DNA of 64,000 bases from Actinomycetota bacterium (lineage in GTDB: Bacteria > Actinomycetota > Nitriliruptoria > Nitriliruptorales > Nitriliruptoraceae), in NCBI GenBank assembly GCA_017852335.1, contig JAFMLG010000001.1, positions 2,853 to 66,852 on the forward strand, written 5' to 3'. A program made the position numbers and the translations under genes. Below, one piece after another: positions 27,611 to 36,145 of this stretch. Position 1 is the stretch's first letter, and the number at the start of each line of letters is the position of its first letter. Below the pieces are notes generated by a model that searched no databases, was not told the DNA's origin, and worked only from the letters and a program-made list of their open reading frames with translations.

Positions 27611-29095
27611 TCAGACGGCCCCGGCCCGGAGTCGCTCCGCCTCGCGGACGATGCGGCGGAGCATCCGCGGGTACAGCACGGCGTGCAGCGGCGTCAGCGC
27701 CGCCCAGTAGATGCGCCCCCACAGCCCGCGCGGGGCGAACAGCGCGCGCTGGACGACGACGGTGCCGGCGCCGTCGTCGACGACGCGGTACTCGTGCCAG
27801 GCCGTGCCGGGCAGCCGCATCTCGGCGCGGAGCCGGAGCAGGTGCGGCGGGGCCAGCGCCTCGACCCGCCAGAGGTCGACGGCGTCACCGACCGCGAGGT
27901 CGAGCGGATGCCGCCGACCGCGGCCGGCGCCGAAGCCGCCGATCAGCTTGTCGACCGCTCCGCGCGAGGCCCAGAGCAGCCGCGGCGACCACCAGCCGTG
28001 CGCGCCGCCGATGCCCCGGAGCACGTCGAACACGGCGCGGGGCGGGACGCGCGTCCGCCGCAGCCGGACGTCCTCGGACATCCTGGCCCCCGCCCAGGCC
28101 GGATCGTCGGGCGCCGGCACGGCGGCCTCGCCACCGGCCCCGGTCCACGTCGTGGCGACGTCGTGGCGGCGCAGCCGAGCGAGCGTCAGCGCGATCGCCG
28201 CGTCGACGCCGGTCGTCGCCGGCGGCAGCAGTCCCGACGGGACCGGCTCGCGCACGACGAGGTCGTCGCGGAGCAGCTCGAGGAGCGGCCGCGCCACCGT
28301 GGTCGGCAGCGGCGTCACCGCCCCGACGAACAGCGCCGAGAGCCGCGGCGTCGTGACCGGCACGGCCAGCACGGTGCGGCGGCGCAGGCCGGCCGCGGCG
28401 GCGTAGGCGTGCATCAGGTCGCGGTAGGTCAGGACGTCGGGCCCGCCGAGCTCGAGGACGCGACCCGCCGCACCCGGCGCGTCGATCGCGGCGACGACCG
28501 CGGCCAGCAGGTCCCGCACGGCGATCGGCTGCACCCGGCTCCGGATCCAGGACGGGATGGCCATCACCGGGAGCAGCTCGGTCGTGTGCCGGACCAGCTC
28601 GAACCAGACGCCGCCCGATCCGATCACCGCCCCCACGCGGAGCTCGACGACCGGGACGGGGCCGTCGGCCAGGACGCGCGCGACCTCCTGCCGCTCGGCC
28701 GCCCACCGCGAGGTCGCGGCGTCCCCGAGCTGTCCGACGTGGACGATCCGCCCGACCCCGGCCGCCACCGCGGCGTCCCGGACCACCGCGGCGCCGGCCC
28801 GCTCGCGGGCGACGAGGTCGGGACGACCGTCGACGGCGCGGACGAGGTGGAGCACGACGTCGACGTCGGCGCAGGCCGCCGCCATGTCCGCCGGGTCGGT
28901 GACGTCCCCACGGACGACCTCGACGTCGGCCCGCCAGGGCCGCCCGTCGAGCTTCTCCGGGGTCCGGACGGCGCACCGCACGCGGTGCCCGGCCGCGAGC
29001 AGCCCGGGGACGACGCGCCCGCCGAGGTACCCGGTCGCGCCGAGGAGGAGGACGTGCACGCGGGCTCCCGACGGCGAGGGCCCGGAGCCTGCCAC
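27611..29095 (-). CDS. NAD(P)-binding SDR-family protein with C-terminal DUF2867-like domain (paralogue 1)
   Basis: Rossmann motif VLLLGATGYLGGRVV, atypical-SDR body, and a C-terminal region (GWWSPRLLW..RG..D...GG.G..RGRRHP..L..GD..D.WRVE) recalled as DUF2867. Confidence 0.75.
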   Translation of the reverse strand: MAGSGPSPSGARVHVLLLGATGYLGGRVVPGLLAAGHRVRCAVRTPEKLDGRPWRADVEVVRGDVTDPADMAAACADVDVVLHLVRAVDGRPDLVARERAGAAVVRDAAVAAGVGRIVHVGQLGDAATSRWAAERQEVARVLADGPVPVVELRVGAVIGSGGVWFELVRHTTELLPVMAIPSWIRSRVQPIAVRDLLAAVVAAIDAPGAAGRVLELGGPDVLTYRDLMHAYAAAAGLRRRTVLAVPVTTPRLSALFVGAVTPLPTTVARPLLELLRDDLVVREPVPSGLLPPATTGVDAAIALTLARLRRHDVATTWTGAGGEAAVPAPDDPAWAGARMSEDVRLRRTRVPPRAVFDVLRGIGGAHGWWSPRLLWASRGAVDKLIGGFGAGRGRRHPLDLAVGDAVDLWRVEALAPPHLLRLRAEMRLPGTAWHEYRVVDDGAGTVVVQRALFAPRGLWGRIYWAALTPLHAVLYPRMLRRIVREAERLRAGAV

Positions 29096-29178
29096 GGGAC
29101 GGGCCGCCCCGGACAGGGTCCTCCTACCCTGCCGCCCGCGCCGGTCGGGGACGGCCGCCGCGCCCGCCGGAGGTCCCC

Positions 29179-30030
29179 GTGCTCATCCTCCAGGCGTTCG
29201 TGCTGGGCCTGGTCCAGGGCGCGACGGAGTTCCTGCCCGTGTCCTCCTCCGGGCACCTCCAGGCCGTCCCGTTCCTCCTCGGGTGGGACTCCGGCAGCCT
29301 CGCCTTCGACGTCGCGGTCCACGTCGGCACGCTGCTCGCCGTCCTGCTGGTGTTCCGGGCCGACCTCTGGGCGATGCTCCGGGCGGTGCTGCGCCCGGCC
29401 GACGACGGCGACGGCGCCCGCGCGGCTCGGCGGCTGGTCGGCCTGCTCGCGGTCGCGAGCGTCCCCGCGGCGCTGGTCGGACTGGCGCTCGGCGACGCGG
29501 TCGAGGCCGCGTTCGACCGCCCGCTCGTCGTCGCCGGCTCGCTGGTGCTGACCGCCGCGATCCTGTGGTGGTCCGAGCGGCGCCGCACCGCGCTCGGCAC
29601 CGTCGAGCCGGACGGCGACCCGGACGCCCGGGCGCTCGGCGGGGTGCCGTGGCGGGCCGCCGTCGGGGTCGGTGCGGCCCAGGCGCTGGCCGTGCTGCCC
29701 GGGCTGTCGCGGTCGGGCACGACGATCGCGGCGGGGCTGGCGCTGGGGCTGTCGCGGGCCGAGGCGGCGCGGCTCTCGTTCCTGATGCTGATCCCGGTCA
29801 CGCTCGGCGCCGCGGCGCTGACCCTGCCGGACCTCGCCACCGCCCCACCGGGGACGCTGCCGTTCGGTCCGACCGAGGTCGCGGTCGGCGTCGCGACGTC
29901 GGCCGTCAGCGGCGTGCTCGCGATCCGGTTCCTGCTGGCGCTGGTCGCCCGCCGCGACCTGCTGGTCTTCGCGCGGTACGTGCTGGCGCTGGCCGCGGTG
30001 CTGCTGGTCGCGATCGCCGTGCGGGGATGA
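29179..30030 (+). CDS. uppP: undecaprenyl-diphosphate phosphatase
   Basis: GTG start; LGLVQGATEFLPVSSSGHL, PGLSRSGTTI; polytopic membrane protein. Confidence 0.92.
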   Translation: MLILQAFVLGLVQGATEFLPVSSSGHLQAVPFLLGWDSGSLAFDVAVHVGTLLAVLLVFRADLWAMLRAVLRPADDGDGARAARRLVGLLAVASVPAALVGLALGDAVEAAFDRPLVVAGSLVLTAAILWWSERRRTALGTVEPDGDPDARALGGVPWRAAVGVGAAQALAVLPGLSRSGTTIAAGLALGLSRAEAARLSFLMLIPVTLGAAALTLPDLATAPPGTLPFGPTEVAVGVATSAVSGVLAIRFLLALVARRDLLVFARYVLALAAVLLVAIAVRG

Positions 30031-30695
30031 GCGGGCCGGGACCCGACGCGGCGCCGACGGGACCGCCGGTCTCGGGCGCGGTCCTGGCCGGCGGCCGGTC
30101 GCGCCGCCTAGGTCGGGACAAGCGGCTCGTGACGGTGGCCGGCGAGGCGCTGCTGACGCGGACCGTGCGGGTGCTCGCGGACGTCGCGGACGACGTGACG
30201 GTCGTCGTCGCCGACCCCGCGGACCGGGACCTCGTGACGGCGACGGTCGGCCCGGTGCTCGCGCCGCCGCGGCTGCGGACCGCGGTCGACGTCGTCGCGG
30301 ACGCCGGACCGGTCGCCGGGCTCGCGGCGGCGCTGGCGGCCGCGTCGCACCCCTGGGTCCTCGTCGTCGCGACCGACCACCCGGGGCTGCCGGTGGAGGT
30401 GCTGGCGCTGCTGGCCGACGCGGCGCGCGGCGCCGGGGACCGGGCGGCGGTCGCGCTCGAGGGGCCCCTCGGTCCCGAACCGCTGCTCGCCGCCTACCGG
30501 CGCGACGCCGCCGCCGAGGTCGCGCGACGCCTCGCCGCGGGGGCCCGGCGCCTCGTCGACGTGCTCGCGGCGCTCGATCCGGTCGTCGTCCCGCGCGCGG
30601 TCTGGGCCGGGTCGGACCCGGACGGGGTCACGCTGCACGACGTCGACGAGCCCGGGGACCTCGCGGCGCCGGACGGCGGGCCCGCCCCGCGGTGA
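30027..30695 (+). CDS. mobA: MobA-like molybdenum cofactor guanylyltransferase / NTP transferase
   Basis: ATG at 30027 overlaps the uppP stop (ATGA); GAVLAGGRSRRLGRDKRL motif, D..GP.AGL, ATDHP. It is the tail of the long track ORF 28557..30695. Confidence 0.8.
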   Translation: MSGPGPDAAPTGPPVSGAVLAGGRSRRLGRDKRLVTVAGEALLTRTVRVLADVADDVTVVVADPADRDLVTATVGPVLAPPRLRTAVDVVADAGPVAGLAAALAAASHPWVLVVATDHPGLPVEVLALLADAARGAGDRAAVALEGPLGPEPLLAAYRRDAAAEVARRLAAGARRLVDVLAALDPVVVPRAVWAGSDPDGVTLHDVDEPGDLAAPDGGPAPR

Positions 30696-30716
30696 GGTGA
30701 CGCGGACCGGCGGGGG

Positions 30717-32246
30717 CTACGCCCCCCGCGCCACCGCCTCGGCGTCGCGGGCGATGCGCCGGGCCATGCGCGGGAACATGAAGGCGTGGACGGGGACGAG
30801 CACGTACCAGTACGCCCGGCCCCACAACCCGCGCGGCGCGAACCGGGCGTGCTGCTCGAGCACCGCCCCGTCCCCGTCGGGCAGGACCCGGTACTCGAGC
30901 CAGGCCTCGCCCGGCACCTTCATCTCGGCCCGCAGGCGCAGCAGTCCGGCCGGGTCGCCGTCCCCCGGCCGCCGCAGCGCCTCGACCCGCCAGAAGTCGA
31001 CCGGTTCGCCGACCGCGAGCTGCTGCGGGTGGCGCCGGCCGCGGCCGAGCCCGACCCCACCGACCATCTTGTCGATGCCGCCGCGCAGCACCCAGAGGAA
31101 CCGCGGCGTGTGGTAGCCGCGCTCGCCGCCCAGCGACGTGACCGCGTCGTACAGGGCCGCCGGCGACGCGTCGCACCGCGTCCGCCGCAGGTCCTCGAGC
31201 AGCGTCCCGCCGGCCCAGGCCGGGTCCTGCGGATCGGGCGACGCGGAGAGGTCGAACGGGACGCGGTCACCGCCGCCGGCGCTGGCCCACGTCGTCGCGA
31301 CGTCGAGGTCCTGGATGCGGCGCAGCGCGAGCCGGACCGCGTCGTCGAACGACGTCCGCTCGAACGGCACCAGCCGAGCGGCGGTGTCGTCGCGGACGAT
31401 GACCTCGTTCACGAGGCTGTCGACGAGCGGCCGCGCCGTCCCCGTCGGCAGCGGCGTGACCAGCCCCACCCAGAGCGACGACAGCCGCGGGCTCAGGACC
31501 GGGACCGGGATGATGACGCGTCGGCGCAGCCCGGCCGCGGCGGCGTAGCGGTGCATCATCTCGCGGTAGGTCAGGACGTCCGGTCCGCCGATCTCGAGGA
31601 CGCGTCCCGCGGTGTCGGGCACGTCGAGCACGCCGACGAGGTACCGCAGCACGTCACGGACGGCGATCGGCTGGGTCCGGGTGTCGACCCACCGCGGCGT
31701 CGTCATGACCGGCAGGACCTCGGTGAGGTGTCGGAGCATCTCGAACGAGACGCTGCCCGACCCGATGACGACGCCGGCGCGCAGCTCGGTGACCGGGACG
31801 GGGCCCTCGGCGAGGATGCGGCCGACGGCCTGCCGCGACCGCAGGTGCGTCGAGAGCGCGTCGGCCTCGTCGCCGAGTCCGCCGAGGTAGACGACACGGC
31901 CGACACCGGCGGCCGCGGCGGCGTCGCGGACGGTCCGGGCCGCGGCCGCCTCGCGCTCGGCGAAGTCCGGCGCACCGTCCATCGCGTGGACGAGGAACAT
32001 CACGGCGTCGACGCCGGCGCAGGCCGCCTCCATCGAGACCCGGTCGGTCGCGTCGGCCGCGACGACCTCGACGCGGTCCCGCCAGGACCTGCCGTCGAGC
32101 TTGGCCGGGGTGCGGGCCGCGCACCGGACACGGTGGCCGGCGGCCAGCAGCTCGGGCACGAGGCGTCCGCCGACGTAGCCGGTGGCGCCGAGGACGAGGA
32201 CGTGCACGGGGGCTCCGGGACGCGCGGGGTCGACCGCGGCGGTCAC
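30717..32246 (-). CDS. NAD(P)-binding SDR-family protein with C-terminal DUF2867-like domain (paralogue 2)
   Basis: Collinear with 27611..29095 over the full length (VLVLGATGYVGGRLVPELLAAGHRVRCAARTP.KLDGR.W...VEVV...; ...GRGRRHPQQLAVGEPVDFWRVEAL...FAPRGLWGRAYW). Confidence 0.75.
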   Translation of the reverse strand: MTAAVDPARPGAPVHVLVLGATGYVGGRLVPELLAAGHRVRCAARTPAKLDGRSWRDRVEVVAADATDRVSMEAACAGVDAVMFLVHAMDGAPDFAEREAAAARTVRDAAAAAGVGRVVYLGGLGDEADALSTHLRSRQAVGRILAEGPVPVTELRAGVVIGSGSVSFEMLRHLTEVLPVMTTPRWVDTRTQPIAVRDVLRYLVGVLDVPDTAGRVLEIGGPDVLTYREMMHRYAAAAGLRRRVIIPVPVLSPRLSSLWVGLVTPLPTGTARPLVDSLVNEVIVRDDTAARLVPFERTSFDDAVRLALRRIQDLDVATTWASAGGGDRVPFDLSASPDPQDPAWAGGTLLEDLRRTRCDASPAALYDAVTSLGGERGYHTPRFLWVLRGGIDKMVGGVGLGRGRRHPQQLAVGEPVDFWRVEALRRPGDGDPAGLLRLRAEMKVPGEAWLEYRVLPDGDGAVLEQHARFAPRGLWGRAYWYVLVPVHAFMFPRMARRIARDAEAVARGA

Positions 32247-32313
32247 CGTGAGGTTCGCCGCCGGCGGCGGACCGGACCGGACCGTCTGGCCGGACCGCTC
32301 GGCGGACCGCCCG

Positions 32314-34017
32314 TCAGCGCCGCGTCAGGGGCTTGTAACGGACCCGGGTCGGGTTCAGGGCGGCGTCGCCCTTCCGGCGCCGGAGGTCCTCGGCGTACTC
32401 GCTGTACCCGCCGGGGAACCACACGACCTCGCTGTCCCCCTCGAAGGCGAGGATGTGGGTGGCGACCCGGTCGAGGAACCAGCGGTCGTGGCTGGTGATG
32501 ACCGCGCAGCCCGCGAAGTCGAGCAGCGCCTCCTCGAGGGACCGCAGCGTGTCCACGTCGAGGTCGTTGGTCGGCTCGTCGAGCAGCAGCAGGTTCGCCT
32601 CCTCCTGCAGCAGCTTCCCGAGCTGGATGCGGTTCCGCTCGCCGCCCGAGCAGGACCCGACCTTCTTCTGCTGGTCGGACCCGACGAACCCGAACGCCGC
32701 GGCGTAGGCGCGGGACGCCATCTCGGTGGAACCCAGCTGGACCCAGTCACCCCCGCCGGTGATCTCCTCGAACACGGTCCGGTCGGCGTCGAGGCCGGCC
32801 CGGGACTGGTCGACGTAGGACAGCACGACGGTGTCGCCGACGCGGAGCGTCCCGGCGTCGGGCTCGACGACGTCGTCGCCGGTCGCCCGGCCGGTGGCGG
32901 TGACGATCATGCGGAACAGCGTGGTCTTGCCGGCACCGTTCGGCCCGATCACCCCGACGATGGCACCCGGCGGCAGCGAGAAGGAGAGGTCCTCGTACAG
33001 CAGCCGGTCGCCGAACCCCTTCGCGACGCCCTCGGCCTCGACGACGACGTTCCCGAGCCGCGGCCCCGGCGGGACCATGATGACCGGCTTCGTGACCTGC
33101 TTCGGCCGCTCCTGCGTCAGCAGCGTCTCGTACGCGGCGACGCGGGCGCGGGCGCGGGTCCGTCGGCCCTGCGGCGTCTGCTTGACGTACTCGGCCTCCT
33201 CGGCGAGCTGCCGCTGCCGGGAGGACTCGTCCTTCTCCTCCTGCGCCAGCCGCGCGCGCTTCTGCTCGAGCCAGCCCGAGTAGTTCCCCTCGTACGGGTA
33301 CCCGCGGCCGCGGTCGACCTCGAGGATCCAGCCGGCGACCTCGTCGAGGAAGTACCGGTCGTGGGTGATCGCGACGACCGTGCCGGGGTAGTCGTTCAGG
33401 TGCCGCTGCAGCCACCCGACCGTCTCGGCGTCGAGGTGGTTGGTCGGCTCGTCCAGCAGCAGCAGGTCGGGCCGCGTCAGCAGCAGCCGGCAGAGCGCGA
33501 CGCGGCGCCGCTCGCCGCCCGAGAGGGTGGTGACGTCGGCGTCGCCGTCGGGGACGCGGAGCGCGTCCATCGCGATCTCGACCTCGCGCTCGACGTCCCA
33601 GGCGCCGGCGGCGTCGATCGCGTCCTGGACCTCGGCCATGCGGTCGTACACCTTCTGCATGGCGTCGTCGCCGAGGTCCTCGGACAGCTTCGCCGTCAGG
33701 GCGTTGTACTCGTCCACGAGGGCGAGCTTCTCGCCGAGCGCCTCCATGATGTTCCCGCGGACGTCCTTGGCGGGATCGAGGTCGGGCTCCTGCGGCAGGT
33801 AGCCCACCGTGACGCCCTTCCCGGGCCAGGCCTCGCCGTCGAACTCGGTGTCGACGCCGGCCATGATCCGGAGCAGCGTCGACTTCCCGGCGCCGTTCGG
33901 ACCGATGACGCCGATCTTCGCGCCGGGGAGGAACGAGAGCCAGATGTCGTCGAGGACCTTCTTCCCGCCGGGGACCGTGCGGGACAGGCCCTTCATGACG
34001 TAGACGTACTCGGCCAC
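32314..34017 (-). CDS. ettA: energy-dependent translational throttle protein EttA (ABC-F)
   Basis: From GTG 34017: VAEYVYVMKGLSRTVPGGKKVLDDIWLSF.PGAKIGVIGPNGAGKSTLLRIMAG; two ABC cassettes (LSGGERRRVAL, CSGGERNRIQL) with an arm/linker. The 814-aa track ORF is over-extended. Confidence 0.93.
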   Translation of the reverse strand: MAEYVYVMKGLSRTVPGGKKVLDDIWLSFLPGAKIGVIGPNGAGKSTLLRIMAGVDTEFDGEAWPGKGVTVGYLPQEPDLDPAKDVRGNIMEALGEKLALVDEYNALTAKLSEDLGDDAMQKVYDRMAEVQDAIDAAGAWDVEREVEIAMDALRVPDGDADVTTLSGGERRRVALCRLLLTRPDLLLLDEPTNHLDAETVGWLQRHLNDYPGTVVAITHDRYFLDEVAGWILEVDRGRGYPYEGNYSGWLEQKRARLAQEEKDESSRQRQLAEEAEYVKQTPQGRRTRARARVAAYETLLTQERPKQVTKPVIMVPPGPRLGNVVVEAEGVAKGFGDRLLYEDLSFSLPPGAIVGVIGPNGAGKTTLFRMIVTATGRATGDDVVEPDAGTLRVGDTVVLSYVDQSRAGLDADRTVFEEITGGGDWVQLGSTEMASRAYAAAFGFVGSDQQKKVGSCSGGERNRIQLGKLLQEEANLLLLDEPTNDLDVDTLRSLEEALLDFAGCAVITSHDRWFLDRVATHILAFEGDSEVVWFPGGYSEYAEDLRRRKGDAALNPTRVRYKPLTRR

Positions 34018-34072
34018 CGCGCACCCCGGGTCGACGACGGGGCCGGACGCTACTCCCCTACCCTCCGCCGCC

Positions 34073-35590
34073 ATGCCGCAGCCCGCCGCCTCCCTGCTGG
34101 TGCTCCTGTCCTCGGCGGCGGTCCTCGTCCTCGAGCTGCTGGCCGCGCGGCTGCTCATCCCGTACGTCGGGAACACCCTCGAGACGTACACCGCGATCAT
34201 CGGCGTGGTGCTGGCCGGCATCGCGCTGGGGACGTGGCTGGGCGGCCGGGCCGCCGACCGCCGCGACCCCCGACGACTGCTCGCCCCGCTGCTGGTCGCC
34301 GGGGGCGCGCTGGCCGCGATCGCCGTGCCGCTCGTCGACGGGCTCGGCGCGGGGCTCCGCGGCGCCAGCCCCTTCACGACGACCGTGCTGACCGCGATCA
34401 CGTTCCTCGCGCCGGCCGCCGTGCTCTCGGCCGTGACCCCGGTCGTCATCAAGCTGCAGCTGAACTCGCTCGATGAGACCGGCCACGTCGTCGGACGGCT
34501 CTCGGCCCTCTCGACGGTCGGCGGCATCGCCGGCTCGTTCCTGACCGGGTTCGTGCTGGTCGCGCTGTTCCCGACCCGCGCGACGATCCGGGTCGTCGCC
34601 GTGCTGCTGGTGCTGGGCGGGATCGTCGTCGCCGTCGGACTGGCCCGCGGCGGGGCCGGACGGGGCCTCGGGCGGCTCGGTGCGGACGGATCCACCCCGC
34701 TGCTCGGCGTCGCCCCGTTGGTGCTGGCCGCCCTGGCCGGCGCGGCGTCGCTGGCCACCGACGGTCCGTGCCAGGAGGAGTCCCGCTACTACTGCATCGC
34801 CGTTCGCGCGTACGCGCCGGACCCGTCGGCGCAGGTGCTGTGGCTGGACACGCTGTCGCACTCGGCGGTCGACCCGGACGACCCGTCCCGGCTGGTCTTC
34901 ACCTACACGGCCTGGTACGGCGACGTCATCACCGCGACGTTCCCCGACGGTCGGCCGCTGCGGGCGCTCCACGTCGGGGCCGGCGGCCTGACGATGCCGC
35001 GATGGCTGCGGGCCGAGCATCCCGGATCGACGCAGGTGGTGGCCGAGCTGGATCCGGCCGTCGTCCGGACCGCGGTCGAGCGGCTGGGGTTCGCGCCCGG
35101 ACCGGACGTCGGGATCCGGACCGCGGACGCCCGGCGGGTCGCGGCCGAGCTGGCGGCGGACCCGGCGGCCCGCGGGACGTTCGACGTCATCGTCGGGGAC
35201 GCGTTCGGCGGGATCGCGGTGCCGTGGCACCTCGCGACCCGCGAGGCGGCCGCCGACCTCGCGGCCCTGCTGGGCCCCGACGGCGTGTACGTCCTGAACG
35301 TCATCGACTTCGGGCCGCGGGAGTTCCTCCGCGCCGAGCTGGCGACGCTCTCGGACGTGTTCCCCCACGTCGGCGTCGTCCGGCGCGGTGACGGCGCGGG
35401 CGGGAACCACGTCCTGATCGCGTCGCACGCCCCGATCGACGCCGACGCGATCCGCACGGTCAACGCGGGCAGGGCCCGGGCCGACGAGGTGCTGACGGGT
35501 GCCGCGGCCGCGGCCCTGGCGGACGGCGCGCCGGTGCTGACCGACGACCGCGCCCCCGTCGACCAGCTGCTGACGCCGTCGCCGTCCTGA
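34073..35590 (+). CDS. fused membrane domain / spermidine synthase-like methyltransferase-fold protein
   Basis: About 7 N-terminal TM helices, then a spermidine-synthase-like fold (LHVGAGGLTMPRWL, VAELDP.VV, DVIVGDAF, VYVLNV). Confidence 0.7.
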   Translation: MPQPAASLLVLLSSAAVLVLELLAARLLIPYVGNTLETYTAIIGVVLAGIALGTWLGGRAADRRDPRRLLAPLLVAGGALAAIAVPLVDGLGAGLRGASPFTTTVLTAITFLAPAAVLSAVTPVVIKLQLNSLDETGHVVGRLSALSTVGGIAGSFLTGFVLVALFPTRATIRVVAVLLVLGGIVVAVGLARGGAGRGLGRLGADGSTPLLGVAPLVLAALAGAASLATDGPCQEESRYYCIAVRAYAPDPSAQVLWLDTLSHSAVDPDDPSRLVFTYTAWYGDVITATFPDGRPLRALHVGAGGLTMPRWLRAEHPGSTQVVAELDPAVVRTAVERLGFAPGPDVGIRTADARRVAAELAADPAARGTFDVIVGDAFGGIAVPWHLATREAAADLAALLGPDGVYVLNVIDFGPREFLRAELATLSDVFPHVGVVRRGDGAGGNHVLIASHAPIDADAIRTVNAGRARADEVLTGAAAAALADGAPVLTDDRAPVDQLLTPSPS

Positions 35591-35639
35591 GCGACCGCCG
35601 GGCGGACCGCGGGGCGCCGCCGGGACCGCGGGACCCGGC

Positions 35640-36065
35640 TCAGGCCGGGACGCGGTCCCCGTGGCCCGCCGCGCGCAGCGCGGCGCGGATGCGGTCCGCC
35701 GCGTCGTCGAGGGCCGCGGGGTCGGGCGCACGGTCGACGCGGTCGAAGGAGAGGTCCCCGAGGTCCTCGGCCGGGAACACGTGCACGTGGACGTGCGGGA
35801 CCTCGAACCCGGCGATCATCTGCCCGACGCGGGCCGCGCCCATCGCGTCGCGGACGGCCAGCCCGACGACGCGGGCGACCTCGGACACGCGGGCCCAGAC
35901 GTCCGGCGGCAGGTCGACCCAGTGGTCGACCTCGGCGACCGGCACGACGAGGACGTGACCGGGACGGATCGGCTCGATCGTGAGGAACGCGACGACCGCG
36001 TCGTCGCGCCAGACGAACCGACCGGGCAGCTCGCCGGCGATGATGCGCGTGAAGACGGTGGGCAT
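35640..36065 (-). CDS. HIT-family hydrolase
   Basis: From ATG 36065: MPTVFTRIIAGELPGRFVW.DD.VVAFL.I.PI.PGHVLVVP ... VPHVHVHVFP (histidine triad). Confidence 0.85.
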   Translation of the reverse strand: MPTVFTRIIAGELPGRFVWRDDAVVAFLTIEPIRPGHVLVVPVAEVDHWVDLPPDVWARVSEVARVVGLAVRDAMGAARVGQMIAGFEVPHVHVHVFPAEDLGDLSFDRVDRAPDPAALDDAADRIRAALRAAGHGDRVPA

Positions 36066-36145
36066 GCGCCGACGGTAACCCCTGGACGCGGTGCGGGGGG
36101 CCCGAGGGCCCCCCGCACGCGGTCCGGATCGCTCCGGGTCGTGGT

